NCBI GenBank assembly: GCA_963783575.1
Contig: CAWAOD010000009.1
Location: 32,001 to 96,000 of the forward strand
DNA from: an uncultured Spirochaetota bacterium
Lineage (GTDB): Bacteria > Spirochaetota > Brevinematia > Brevinematales > JAOACQ01
Length of the DNA stretch: 64,000 nt
Direction of reading: 5' to 3'
In this document: one piece after another, positions 1-10,834 of the stretch
Position numbering within the stretch: the stretch's first letter is position 1
How the letters are laid out: each line of letters starts with the position of its first letter
The notes under the pieces: model-generated
The model's input: only the letters and a program-made list of their open reading frames with translations
Told to the model about the DNA's origin: nothing
The model's database searches: none
Position numbers and translations under genes: made by a program

Positions 1-104
1 CCGGAATGTTTGATGAATTCACCGGAGACCTGAAAAACCCCGAAAGTCAAAAGGCCTACATCGATTGCCTGCTGAATCATTATTTAAAATCAGCCAAAAA
101 ATAA
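1..104 (+). CDS. 3' end of a gene entering from the left edge (unknown)
   Basis: Open frame from position 3 (GMFDEFTGDLKNPESQKAYIDCLLNHYLKSAKK) to TAA at 102-104. Confidence 0.5.
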   Translation, partial: GMFDEFTGDLKNPESQKAYIDCLLNHYLKSAKK

Positions 105-147
105 TATTTTTATACTGAATTTTACTTTACTTATTGGCTATTGTTTT

Positions 148-1650
148 TTATGCAATTATCGCATTATTTTTTAATGGCAAATTTACAATAAATTTTGTCC
201 CAACTCCAGGCTTACTTTCCACCCGGATGGTTCCTACATGTTTTTCAGCTATTTTTTTACACACCGCAAGCCCTATCCCGCTCCCTTCATACTCGCTTTT
301 TCCATGAAGACGCTGGAATACTCCAAATATTTTATCATAATAAATCTCATCTATACCGATGCCATTATCTTCTATAACTATACTGCAATACCCATCCGGG
401 ACTTCTTCCGCCGCATAAATTTTTACTGCAGGCGGCTCCCCTGGTTTGTGAAACTTCAATGAGTTGCCGATAAGATTTTGAAAGAGCTGCCGCATCTGGG
501 TCGGATCGGCATTGATTACAGGCAGCAAGCTTAACTCAACGCTTCCGGCAGTCTTTTCTATCTGAACTTCAAGATCAGTTAGAACTTCTTTCACTATTTG
601 AAAAAGATCAACAGAGGTATATGGCTCCGCATGAGTTGTTACCCTGGAATAAGTCAACAGATCATTAATCAATGCCTGCATCCTTACAGCGGCATTTTGC
701 ATTTTCTCCATATATTCGCTGCCCTTACCGTCAATAACAGTTTGATATTTATACAGCAGCCGCTCGCAGTATGAATTTATCTTTCGAAGAGGCTCCTGGA
801 GGTCATGGGATGCTATAAAAGCAAATTCCTCCAGTTCGGTATTGGAACGTTTCAGTTCTTTATTGAGTTTGATTATTTCACCGGTTCTTTCTTCAATCTT
901 TTGCTCCAAATTCTGGTTCAATTCTTCAAATTCAGTTTGTAAACCGGTAAATTTAGTGAGTAGAGTATAAGCCATAGATAATATAATAAACAAAAAACTA
1001 TATTCGGCGATATAAATGGACGCATATATTCTTGAAGATACCATTATATCGTTGACAACTCCAAAGAAATAAACAATCAGGCTTATTATAAGAACAGTCA
1101 GCATTTTTTCTTTATTTTTAAGATATTGTCTTATTAAAAGATATAAAAAATATAAATAAACTATGATGCTGGATAACATACCAAGTGAATAAACGATTCC
1201 CGCTTCGCCTTCAAAATAAGTGATTTTTAACAGATTTGAAATATTAATATTTTTTATGGCCGGCCTGGAAGAAGTTAATGACAGCTCCGGACTTATAAAC
1301 GGAGTTAAAAAGAGAGCTATTAAAAATAGCAGGATAAACCATGTTATAAAAATCTTAATAATTTTATTGATTCTTTTTTCAATAAAAATCGAAGCGAACC
1401 ACATAAGAAAAATAGTCTCGAGAAATAAATTGTCAAGCTGAAGCCTCTGCCAGAAAATTCCATCCTGTAATGTGTTGGAATTGTACAGCCCGGCACAAAA
1501 TATATCATAAGATCCGGTACTAAAACATAAAAGGGCGAATGGAAGATTTTCTTTCATTTTCGGCCGTTTTAAATACAAAAACAGGTGATAAAAACCCACA
1601 TAAAAATTTATTGCCGCCATTGCTATACAAGGAACAGACAATATATGCAT
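148..1650 (-). CDS. Membrane sensor histidine kinase (multi-TM N-terminus, HisKA, HATPase)
   Basis: H-box FAFIASHDLQEPLRKI, N-box QNLIGNSLKF, G-boxes DNGIGI and GSGIGLAVC; hydrophobic N-terminal half. Confidence 0.95.
   Translation of the reverse strand: MHILSVPCIAMAAINFYVGFYHLFLYLKRPKMKENLPFALLCFSTGSYDIFCAGLYNSNTLQDGIFWQRLQLDNLFLETIFLMWFASIFIEKRINKIIKIFITWFILLFLIALFLTPFISPELSLTSSRPAIKNINISNLLKITYFEGEAGIVYSLGMLSSIIVYLYFLYLLIRQYLKNKEKMLTVLIISLIVYFFGVVNDIMVSSRIYASIYIAEYSFLFIILSMAYTLLTKFTGLQTEFEELNQNLEQKIEERTGEIIKLNKELKRSNTELEEFAFIASHDLQEPLRKINSYCERLLYKYQTVIDGKGSEYMEKMQNAAVRMQALINDLLTYSRVTTHAEPYTSVDLFQIVKEVLTDLEVQIEKTAGSVELSLLPVINADPTQMRQLFQNLIGNSLKFHKPGEPPAVKIYAAEEVPDGYCSIVIEDNGIGIDEIYYDKIFGVFQRLHGKSEYEGSGIGLAVCKKIAEKHVGTIRVESKPGVGTKFIVNLPLKNNAIIA
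176..830. repeat. Copy 1 of ~655-bp near-identical kinase-core repeat (partner 2081-2735)
   Basis: Read side by side at offset 1905; roughly a dozen substitutions, no indels seen. Confidence 0.95.
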
Positions 1651-1847
1651 TTATTACCTTCCCTGCAAAATCCATCTATTCTACTGAGAAAACTCTATTT
1701 TCACCCTCGTTCCCTGCTCCACAGGGAAATCCTGAATATTATCACCGTATCACTTTTCTAAAATTTCACCTCAATAACCCCCGGTTTACCTCCGGGAAAG
1801 GCATATTTCAAGCTGTTCGCCAGCAATTAATGACCTGTTTCTTTCAG

Positions 1848-1984
1848 TTAGCCTATAAGCTTCATTTCCAGAATATCAAATCCGAATTTGTTATTATCAA
1901 TCCTGAAATTTCCCGGATTTTTCTGATCTCCAAAATATGAATTTCATGAAAATCTTTACTGACATCAATTCCTACATTTATCAC
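1848..1984 (-). pseudogene. IS110-family transposase N-terminal remnant, frameshifted
   Basis: GGGAGG RBS, then GTG start giving MINVGIDVSKDFHEIHIL and, in a shifted frame, FRIDNNKFGFDIL; matches the IS110 N-terminal VGIDVSK..H motif. An HATPase scrap (LLANSLKYAFPGGKPG) follows at ~1765-1830. Confidence 0.65.
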
Positions 1985-2061
1985 TATGTACCTCCCAAAA
2001 ATCTATTGTTTTTCGGAAGGTTTTCATTAATTTATTTATCTGCTCTATTATAGCAACCTTT

Positions 2062-3837
2062 TTAAATGATCATTCTCAGCGGCAAATTTACAATAAATTT
2101 TGTCCCAACTCCAGGCTTACTTTCCACCCGGATGGTTCCTCCATGTTTTTCAGCTATTTTTTTACACACCGCAAGCCCTATCCCGCTCCCTTCATACTCG
2201 CTTTTTCCATGAAGACGCTGGAATACTCCAAATATTTTATCATAATAAATCTCATCTATACCGATGCCATTATCTTCTATAACTATACTGCAATACCCAT
2301 CCGGGACTTCTTTCGCCGCATAAATTTTTACTGCAGGCGGCTCCCCTGGTTTGTGAAACTTCAATGAGTTGCCGATAAGATTTTGAAAGAGCTGCCGCAT
2401 CTGGGTCGGATCGGCATTGATTACAGGCAGCAAGCTTAACTCAACCCTTCCGGCAGTCTTTTCTATCTGAACTTCAAGATCAGTTAGAACTTCTTTCACT
2501 ATTTGAAAAAGATCAACAGAGGTATATGGTTCCGCATGAGTTGTTACCCTGGAATAAGTCAACAGATCATTGATTAAAGTCTGCATCCTTACAGCGGCAT
2601 TTTGCATTTTCTCCATATATTCGCTGCCCTTGCCGTCAATAACAGTTTGATATTTATACTGCAGCCGCTCGCAGTATGAATTTATCTTTCGAAGAGGCTC
2701 CTGGAGGTCATGGGACGCTATAAAAGCAAATTCCTGAAGCGCCCGGTTACTCTGCTGAAGCTTATTATTAAAAGACAGCAATTCTTTCTCCGACTTCTTT
2801 CTATCTGTAATATCCCTGATAATACAGACCATACCGATTTTTTGCCCTGTTTTATTTTTGATAACCGATCCGTAAAATAATACCGGAATTATACTCCCGG
2901 CTTTTGCTACAAGCTCCGTCTCAAGATCAAAGATTTCTTTACCCGATAGCAGTTCGTCCATTATAGTATTTATTATTTCTACATTTGTAAACAATATACC
3001 CATTGATTTTCCTATGACTTCCTCCTCTTGGTGCCCGAATAGTTTTATAAATGAGGGATTTACCTCCACAATTTTATTATCCAAATCAGTTAAGATTAAA
3101 GATCCCGGCATTGTTGCAATTATATTTTCAGCGGCTTTCATCGGGTCTACCTGAAATAAGTCGTATTTCCAGATTGCGTACCCAATACAAATATTTAATA
3201 AGGTAGTTGAAACCGAATCGATTTTCTGATATTTAATTCCAAGCAATGGCAGTGTTACTTCACCAATTGCGATGAGAAAAACAATAAAAAGGCCTATAAA
3301 GATATACTTTGTCTGATTTTTTTTTGTTTTATCTTTATTGATAAAATAAAATCGAATGAGAAGAAACAATGCCGAGAAGGCCGATAAAAGACTCCAAATA
3401 ATGAATATTTGATAAAACAGAGATGTTTTTATCAGTATGGCCGGTGCGTTACCCGAATAATACAATTCCGGATTTCCGGTTAAAAAATTCGTTGTGAGAG
3501 TTAAAACAGAAAAAATAAATGCGGGAAAATATAAAAAGACATAAATAAATTTATTATTTAACAGCTTTTTTTCTTCAGTAAAAACTAAAATAAAATGAAC
3601 AAAAGCCGGTATTGAAAAAAACCAGAAAGAACCGATTTTGGCCCAGGCATAAGTTGTATTTATATTATTTCCCTGGTAGTACATAAATTCTAAAGTAAAC
3701 ATCCAATAAACTATTAACAGATTAAACAATGCAAAAATTTTATTAAGACGCTTTTGCTTATTACTGTGGTAAACTATATCAGCAATTATTAGTCCAATGA
3801 TAATAGTAAATAAAGGGATTAATACTTTAGTGTTCAC
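2062..3837 (-). CDS. Sensor histidine kinase (7TM N-terminus, PAS, HisKA, HATPase)
   Basis: TM helices, PAS (LILTDLDNKIVEVNPSF...IRDITDRK), same kinase core as 148-1650. Confidence 0.95.
   Translation of the reverse strand: MNTKVLIPLFTIIIGLIIADIVYHSNKQKRLNKIFALFNLLIVYWMFTLEFMYYQGNNINTTYAWAKIGSFWFFSIPAFVHFILVFTEEKKLLNNKFIYVFLYFPAFIFSVLTLTTNFLTGNPELYYSGNAPAILIKTSLFYQIFIIWSLLSAFSALFLLIRFYFINKDKTKKNQTKYIFIGLFIVFLIAIGEVTLPLLGIKYQKIDSVSTTLLNICIGYAIWKYDLFQVDPMKAAENIIATMPGSLILTDLDNKIVEVNPSFIKLFGHQEEEVIGKSMGILFTNVEIINTIMDELLSGKEIFDLETELVAKAGSIIPVLFYGSVIKNKTGQKIGMVCIIRDITDRKKSEKELLSFNNKLQQSNRALQEFAFIASHDLQEPLRKINSYCERLQYKYQTVIDGKGSEYMEKMQNAAVRMQTLINDLLTYSRVTTHAEPYTSVDLFQIVKEVLTDLEVQIEKTAGRVELSLLPVINADPTQMRQLFQNLIGNSLKFHKPGEPPAVKIYAAKEVPDGYCSIVIEDNGIGIDEIYYDKIFGVFQRLHGKSEYEGSGIGLAVCKKIAEKHGGTIRVESKPGVGTKFIVNLPLRMII
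2081..2735. repeat. Copy 2 of kinase-core repeat
   Basis: Near identity to 176-830. Confidence 0.95.
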
Positions 3838-3889
3838 CTGCCTGTCCCCTATTCCGGGAAATTAAGTTTTTATTAATACCTGGAAATGA

Positions 3890-5677
3890 TTAATTTTCAC
3901 CGCTGATCTTCTTAATAAGTTCAATTCCTATGCCATCTTTTCCCGTTTCTTTTATCAATATATTCAATATTTTTTCTTCGGGCAGAGGCCGGCTTAAGAT
4001 ATAACCCTGGATATTATCGCAGTTATGTTTTTTTAATATATCAAATTGCTCAATAGTTTCAACTCCTTCAGCCAAGATTTCCATATTCAGACCATGTCCC
4101 ATCGTAATTATCGAATTTACAATTATAATATCGGCTGGGCTTTCAGTCATATGCATAATAAATGATTTATCGATTTTCAATATATTACAGGGTATTTGTT
4201 TTAATCGGTTGAGGGAAGAAAAACCCGTACCGAAATCATCAATGGAAATTTGAAACCCAATCGAACGTAATTCACTCAATTTTGAGTTCGTTATCTCCAT
4301 ATCGTCCATAAATATGGATTCGGTTACTTCCAATTCAATTAAGCTGGAAGAAATATGATATGTTTCTATAATCCCCATTAAATGCTGTGTAAAATCCGGC
4401 TTATTAAATTGATTAATAGGCAGATTAATCGAGATGGGAATAAGCTTCAATTTTGCCCGCTCCCATTCACTTAATTTCATACATACGGTATTAATCACCC
4501 AGTCGGTAATATTAGATAGCAAATTGTTTTCCTGAGCGAAAGGAATAAAATCAGCCGGGGAAACAATGCCTCTTTCACTTTGATTCCATCTTATAAGAGC
4601 CTCAAGTCCGATTATTTTTCCCGATTTTATATTCATTTTGGGCTGGTAGTAAAGCAGAAATTCATCCTTTTCTGTTGCTTTTCGAAGATTATTAATCATA
4701 TTTATCTTTTCAAGAACATTTTCAGTCATGGATGTTTGATAGTAATGAAAGCAGTTTTTGCCCTGCTTTTTTGCAAAGTACATTGCATTATCCGCATATT
4801 TTAGCAGATTCTCAGCATCATTAGAATCCGAAGGATATAATGCAATGCCGATACTTACACCGGTAAATAACTCATGATTTTCAATAATATATGGTTCATT
4901 GACCGATTTAATAATTCTAGCAGCCACAATGGAAGCGTCCTCAAAGGAACCGATTTCGGTGAGAGAAATGGTAAATTCATCCCCTCCCTGCCTGGCGACG
5001 GTATCTATCAATGTTTTTAAATTATTCCTGGCCATAATATCACTCTTTCTGATAGATGCATAAAGACGTTTGGCCACTTCTTTTAAAAGCATATCCCCAA
5101 TATGATGCCCAAAAGAATCATTAATAAGCTTAAAATTATCCAGGTCCAGATATAGAACCGCCATCATTCTATTATACCTGGTTGCATGGGCTAAAGAATA
5201 GTTTAATTGTTCTTTAAAAAATACTCTATTGGGAAGATCGGTCACCTGATCATAATAAGCCAGATATTTAATCTGGTTTTCTCTTGATTTCTTTTCTATT
5301 GCATACCGAATTGAACGCTCTATCTGGTCCTGATCAATCTTGCCTTTAATCAGATAATCCGAAGCCCCTTTCTTCATGGCAAATAGATCTACTTCACGAT
5401 TGTTGTACCCAGTTAACATAATAATAGGAATATTCTTATTATTCTCCGATAATTCATTAATCAAGTCAAGGCCTGACCTTGCCCCTAAATTATAATCTAT
5501 GAGAAACAAATCATAAATGCCCTTTTCTATTTCGTTTAAAGCATTTTCATAACTCAATGCCCAATCAACCGAATATTTTTGCTCCTTAATATCCATGATT
5601 ATATCTTTAATCAGTTCATAATCCTCTTTATCATCATCGACAAGAAGAATCCGTATTAAGTCTTTATTATCCATCAA
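3890..5677 (-). CDS. REC-GGDEF-EAL c-di-GMP signalling protein
   Basis: ILLVDDD receiver, intact GGDEF, EALIRW and DDFGTGFSSL motifs. Confidence 0.95.
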   Translation of the reverse strand: MMDNKDLIRILLVDDDKEDYELIKDIIMDIKEQKYSVDWALSYENALNEIEKGIYDLFLIDYNLGARSGLDLINELSENNKNIPIIMLTGYNNREVDLFAMKKGASDYLIKGKIDQDQIERSIRYAIEKKSRENQIKYLAYYDQVTDLPNRVFFKEQLNYSLAHATRYNRMMAVLYLDLDNFKLINDSFGHHIGDMLLKEVAKRLYASIRKSDIMARNNLKTLIDTVARQGGDEFTISLTEIGSFEDASIVAARIIKSVNEPYIIENHELFTGVSIGIALYPSDSNDAENLLKYADNAMYFAKKQGKNCFHYYQTSMTENVLEKINMINNLRKATEKDEFLLYYQPKMNIKSGKIIGLEALIRWNQSERGIVSPADFIPFAQENNLLSNITDWVINTVCMKLSEWERAKLKLIPISINLPINQFNKPDFTQHLMGIIETYHISSSLIELEVTESIFMDDMEITNSKLSELRSIGFQISIDDFGTGFSSLNRLKQIPCNILKIDKSFIMHMTESPADIIIVNSIITMGHGLNMEILAEGVETIEQFDILKKHNCDNIQGYILSRPLPEEKILNILIKETGKDGIGIELIKKISGEN

Positions 5678-6295
5678 ATCTGCTCCCGATTAATTACATT
5701 TTCTAATATAGAGTAAGAAACTTCGCGATTTGATATTTTTAATTTTACTTTCCTGATAGAACATTCAAAAACTTTTTATATTCGATAGGCTCACCAATCA
5801 AGCCTGCCAAAACGTTCAATAAAAAATTATCAAGCAAAACATTTAATCTTATACTATTAAAGGTTTAACAAATTATTAAATAATAAATTTGATAAGAATC
5901 ACTCAGTTCTGATTTTATAAGTAATATTACTATATTAATTTAATTATTGCAAAAAAAAATGAGAATCCAATAATCTAACTTGAACTGTTTTAATAAAATA
6001 TCACCCTCCGGCTTTTCCCTGTTTTGTCAATTCATTATAAAATGAGCGTATCATTAAAGAATCTGCTTTTAATAATATTTTACCGGTTTTTTAAGAATGT
6101 TAAAATATTTATTATTTTAAAAAGATATCCGCCCTCCTGTGGCAAATAATAACGTTGCGAGCCATTGATTATTAGACTTTTTTTAAACATCTTAAAGCAA
6201 GATTCTAATAGGAAATTAATTTGCAAATCTTTCATAAAATAACTAAAATAAACGATCGAACTTTGTTCAACCAATAATATAAAGGGGAGAAATAA

Positions 6296-7930
6296 ATGGA
6301 AAAATTCTTTAATAATCTAAAAATAACCAGTAAATTAATGGTTATGCTGGCAATTTCAATAATATTTTTTATTATATTTGTATTTGCATTCTTTCTGCAA
6401 TTAACCTCTCAGGAACATCAAATCACAGCAATATTTAATAATAGATTGGATAATTATGAAACTTATTCAAAAATACATAATGATATTCTTGATGTACAGG
6501 TTAATCTATTCCAGATGATTTCCTGGGCTAATGCTAATTATCAAAATTCCCAAATAATAGAAGTAGGAAATGAGCAAAAATCATCTATTGAGGACACCGA
6601 GAAATTAATTAACGAATATATTAATCTTGGAAAAATAACCCCGGAGGAGCGGCAGCTATACCAGGAATTGTTAACCAATCTGCTGGATTATAAAGATTGG
6701 GCTTTGAGTGTAATAGATATGGTCGGGAAGGATATTCCCACGGCCACAATGTTTATGAGTACTGCAAACGACAAATTTATACTCTTAAAAGGGACTTTAC
6801 AAAAATTGAAAATATTTGAAAACAATCAAAGTAAAACAAAATATAATTCCTCTGTCCAGCAGTCAATATTAATATTCATAATAGTTGTCGCGGCTTTTAT
6901 AGCGGTTTTAATGTCCATTTCTTTATATACCGGAAAAATCATCATCAAACCACTGCAGAATGTAATAAATATAATAAAAAGAATTGTTGAAGGGGATTTC
7001 ACAAATAAAGTCGAAGTGGACACAGGTGATGAAATAGGCGAAATGGCCGGTTATTTCAATATTTTAGAAGAACAGATCAGGGATTTATTAAAAAAAATAA
7101 AAGAATCATCGATTGTATTGATTAATGCAATACAGGGATTATCGGTTTCCTCAAAAGAAATATCCGCAACATCAACCCAGCAGTCTGCCGGTGTAAAGGA
7201 GATTGTTACCACAATGGAGGATTCAAACATACTCAGCCATGAAATGTCAAAATCCATCAGTGAAGTAGTAAAGATTGCTTTACAGACTAAAAGCAATGTT
7301 GAAATAGGCGTTTCATATGTTAAGAACAGTCTATCCAAGATGGAAGAAATTAAAAATAAAAACATGGATACGATTCATGGCATTCGTCTGCTTGGTGAAA
7401 AAATCGAAAATATCTGGGATATTGTTAATATAATCAATGGAATTGTCGACCAGACAAAAATTATCGCGTTTAACGCTGCTCTGGAAGCATCATCGGCAAG
7501 CGAGGGCGGTAAGAATTTTCAGATTGTAGCAAGCGAGATCAAACGTTTAGCCGATAATACTATGACCTCCACCAAGGAAATAAAAGCGAAAATAAATGAA
7601 ATTCAGCGTTCGTCAAATAATTTAATCATAATCTCCGAAGATGGAACGGAAAGAATAAAAGAAGGATGGGAATTATCTCAAAATTTGGAAGCGGTATTCG
7701 GGGATATATTAAATTCCGCGGAAATCTCGGCGAAATCATCGGAAAATATAGAATTATCGATCAAACAGCAGGCATCGGCATTTGAGCAGATCCTGCTGAC
7801 GCTTAAAGAAATCTCCAGCGGAATAGAAAATTTTGTTTATTCCACCAAACAGACCAGCCAGACTACCGAAACCCTTAAAGAAATAGCCGACGGTTTAAAC
7901 AAAACCGTTGAAAATTATAGATTGGAATAG
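6296..7930 (+). CDS. Methyl-accepting chemotaxis protein (TM-periplasmic sensor-TM-HAMP-MA)
   Basis: HAMP DEIGEMA; signalling tip QTKIIAFNAALEA...GKNFQIVASEIKRLA. Confidence 0.95.
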   Translation: MEKFFNNLKITSKLMVMLAISIIFFIIFVFAFFLQLTSQEHQITAIFNNRLDNYETYSKIHNDILDVQVNLFQMISWANANYQNSQIIEVGNEQKSSIEDTEKLINEYINLGKITPEERQLYQELLTNLLDYKDWALSVIDMVGKDIPTATMFMSTANDKFILLKGTLQKLKIFENNQSKTKYNSSVQQSILIFIIVVAAFIAVLMSISLYTGKIIIKPLQNVINIIKRIVEGDFTNKVEVDTGDEIGEMAGYFNILEEQIRDLLKKIKESSIVLINAIQGLSVSSKEISATSTQQSAGVKEIVTTMEDSNILSHEMSKSISEVVKIALQTKSNVEIGVSYVKNSLSKMEEIKNKNMDTIHGIRLLGEKIENIWDIVNIINGIVDQTKIIAFNAALEASSASEGGKNFQIVASEIKRLADNTMTSTKEIKAKINEIQRSSNNLIIISEDGTERIKEGWELSQNLEAVFGDILNSAEISAKSSENIELSIKQQASAFEQILLTLKEISSGIENFVYSTKQTSQTTETLKEIADGLNKTVENYRLE

Positions 7931-8046
7931 CCTCTCCCCCAACCCCACTCCATTCACGGAGAGGGGAGAAAGAGGCAGAATGAATTATACAATGTGAAGC
8001 TACTACCCCTTCTCTATAAATGGAGAAGGAGGACGGGGGGATGAGG
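7931..8046. repeat. Inverted pair of GC-rich REP-like hairpin elements between the MCP genes
   Basis: cctctcccccaaccccactccattcacggagagggg (from 7931) resembles the reverse complement of 8006-8046. Confidence 0.6.
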
Positions 8047-8077
8047 CTGAGGAAATATTTAAATTTGGGAGAATGAA

Positions 8078-9802
8078 ATGATTACAAAAGAATCTTTAAG
8101 TAAAATTAAACTCAATATAGTTCTGACGATATTTCTGTCCAACTTCTTCGTCCTGGCATCAAGTAAATTCTACGATGCTTTATTCAGCAATTATTTTGAT
8201 TCCATAACTGCAAGTCTGTTATTCAGATTTCTTAATATATTTGATCCGCTGGTATTTTCTGTTTTTATTGTAATGGCTATTTTCACAAGTTTTGTTATAT
8301 TAAAATATTTAAAATACCTTTTCATTTTCCTGGAAAAAGAAAAAGAGTATGATAAAGCAAGAACTGCGACCGTTAGTATTCCATGGATTACACTGGTTGT
8401 TCAGACAATATTCTGGGGCCTTGGGGCAACGGGATATTACATTATTAATAACTGGCATGCAGATAACGGCATTCCCTACGGCTGGGAGCTGCTGCTTAAA
8501 GTAAGCACGGGTATTGTCGGTTCTTTATATACATCCCTTGTTATCAACATCATATTAATGAAATCAAAAGCGATGTTGAATATGACGGACATACGCCCGG
8601 GGGAAAATGATTTGTTCACCAGGGTCAAAGATTATTTAATTATATTTGGAATCTCTTTTTATCTGGTCATAAATATATCTTACCGCGCTTATTACACAAT
8701 GAATGCGGTAAAAACCCAGGATGGCGGGCTGTTTATCATTGGTACCATTCTTTCAGGCATTTTCTTCTTTGCGGTCTGTTTTGGACTTATAATTCTTTCA
8801 AAAAAAGAGTACAATTATCAGCTTAAATACTTAAAAGAAAAGCTCGGTGAAATTTCAGAAGGAAACATTGATCTTTCAAAGAGAATATTTTTGATAAACT
8901 TTGATGAAATCGGCGAACTGGCTGTCAATGTAAATAAGGTAATCGGAAACATTGAGATTTTGATAAAGAATATTGAGAAATCAACAAAGGAATTATATAA
9001 GTCAACACAAAACCTATCTGTTTCATCAAAGGAGATTTCGGCCACATCAACCCAACAGGCTGCGTCTGTGAAAGAAATAGTCTCTACAATGGAAGACACA
9101 GACCTTTTGTCCAAACAGGTTTTAAAATCCATAGGCGATGTTGTAAAAAATGCTACCAACACAAAATACAATGTTGAAATAGGAGTATCGATTGTAAAAA
9201 ACAGCCAGAATAAAATGTTTGAAATCAAGGACAAAAATAATGAAACCTTAACCGGAATCAAATCACTTGTTGATAAGATCGAAAGCATCTGGGATATTGT
9301 CACTATTATTAACGGTATTGTGGAACAGACCAGGATCATTGCCTTTAACGCGGCATTGGAAGCGATTTCCGCGGGAGAAGCCGGCAAGAATTTCCAGATA
9401 GTTGCTAACGAAATTAAACGCCTTGCGGACAATACAATGGCATCCACTCAGGAAATAAAGACAAAAATAAATGAGATTCAGCATTCTTCAAGCGATTTAA
9501 TCATAGTATCGGAAGATGAAACCGAAAGAATCAATGCCGGCTGGGAGTTATCCCACAAACTGGAAGAAGTGTTTAAAAATATCTTGACTTCATCGGAAGT
9601 TTCCGCTACTTCTTCTGAAAATATCGAACTATCGACAAAACAACAGGTATCGGCCTTCGAACAGATCCTGTTAACGTTAAAAGAAATATCGAATGGCATT
9701 GAGAATTTTGTGATTTCCACAAAGCAAACCAGTGAAACAACCGAAGCTTTAAAGATTATGGCAGATAACCTGAATAAAATAATTGAAAAATATAAAGTAT
9801 AA
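8078..9802 (+). CDS. Methyl-accepting chemotaxis protein with multi-TM sensor
   Basis: About six hydrophobic segments, HAMP, IAFNAALEA...GKNFQIVANEIKRLA. Confidence 0.95.
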   Translation: MITKESLSKIKLNIVLTIFLSNFFVLASSKFYDALFSNYFDSITASLLFRFLNIFDPLVFSVFIVMAIFTSFVILKYLKYLFIFLEKEKEYDKARTATVSIPWITLVVQTIFWGLGATGYYIINNWHADNGIPYGWELLLKVSTGIVGSLYTSLVINIILMKSKAMLNMTDIRPGENDLFTRVKDYLIIFGISFYLVINISYRAYYTMNAVKTQDGGLFIIGTILSGIFFFAVCFGLIILSKKEYNYQLKYLKEKLGEISEGNIDLSKRIFLINFDEIGELAVNVNKVIGNIEILIKNIEKSTKELYKSTQNLSVSSKEISATSTQQAASVKEIVSTMEDTDLLSKQVLKSIGDVVKNATNTKYNVEIGVSIVKNSQNKMFEIKDKNNETLTGIKSLVDKIESIWDIVTIINGIVEQTRIIAFNAALEAISAGEAGKNFQIVANEIKRLADNTMASTQEIKTKINEIQHSSSDLIIVSEDETERINAGWELSHKLEEVFKNILTSSEVSATSSENIELSTKQQVSAFEQILLTLKEISNGIENFVISTKQTSETTEALKIMADNLNKIIEKYKV

Positions 9803-9824
9803 TAATACAGGGGTTTTAATAAAT

Positions 9825-10320
9825 ATGAATAATAAGGAAATTTTACAGGCAATAAAAGAAAAAGAAAACCGGATTGATGAGAATCCGGCTTCAGCAATTG
9901 CGGTTCAAAAATTTCTCATTTTTTCAATAGAAAATAAGAAATTATGCTTTAATGCCGAACTGGTTAAAGAAATATTATTGAATACACAGATATTTTTTAT
10001 TCCTTTTTGTCCTCCGTATGTCAGCGGCCTGATCAACCGCCATGGAGAACCTTATACGGTCTTTGATTTGAGTGTTCTCCTGGAAAATCAGAAACAGGAA
10101 TCTACCAAGCTAATCATAATGAATGAAAAAGATGATAATATAGCTTTTATAATTAAAGAAATTATTGAAATTGCGGATATTTCTCAAAATGATGTTTTTA
10201 AAATAGATGCACAGGAAAATGAAATTGAATTTATTCAGGGCTTTATTCTCATATAATAATGAGAAAGTATTCATTGTAGATTTAAATAAAATCTTAAAAA
10301 GGCTTGAAAATGACCTCTGA
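9825..10320 (+). CDS. cheW: CheW, with frameshift near 10240
   Basis: IPFCPPYVSGLINRHGEPYTVFDL; the C-terminus FSYNNEKVFIVDLNKILKRLENDL* continues in another frame to TGA at 10318-10320. Confidence 0.85.
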
Positions 10321-10822
10321 TTTAACGGTTGAGTTTCTTCTGCTGCATTATTCAAATATTGATTTCCTGATTAATAGAGCTGAAATTCAAAGCAGCCTTT
10401 TTATAGATAATTATAAGAAAATAAAAAGTAAAAACAGGTATTTGACCGGAATTATTCATTTTAATAATGAAAATATCCTGTCTGTGGATTTTGACAGTTA
10501 TTTAAAGGAAACCTTCAGATTAAATGAAAATAATGATAATTCAATAGCCATCGTTTATGATACAGCCGCTTCCGGTTTATACAAAAATATTGGCCGATAC
10601 TTTATTAAAAAAAAAGGATATCCGGAATTAAGCCCCAATCATATCGGCCTGATAATTAACAACAATTTTGAACTGGTTAAAGTGCCTCTTTACGGAATAA
10701 AACTGATGCCGGAATCGTTAAGAAAAAATAATTCGGAAAACGGTATTCTGGGAATCAGATTCTCAGAAGGTAAAAATCAATATTATATTGATATTGAAAG
10801 AATAATTAAAAAATTATTTTAA
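10310..10822 (+). CDS. Divergent CheW-like protein
   Basis: YLTGIIHFNNENILSVDFDSYL motif; position in the che operon. Confidence 0.6.
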   Translation: MTSDLTVEFLLLHYSNIDFLINRAEIQSSLFIDNYKKIKSKNRYLTGIIHFNNENILSVDFDSYLKETFRLNENNDNSIAIVYDTAASGLYKNIGRYFIKKKGYPELSPNHIGLIINNNFELVKVPLYGIKLMPESLRKNNSENGILGIRFSEGKNQYYIDIERIIKKLF

Positions 10823-10834
10823 GGGGAGATTTGA

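Noticed and set aside
817..830. aaaagcaaattcct at the kinase repeat boundary as an IS91-like end
   Set aside because: Fully explained by coding for the conserved EFAF H-box on the minus strand, and it lacks the following atc.
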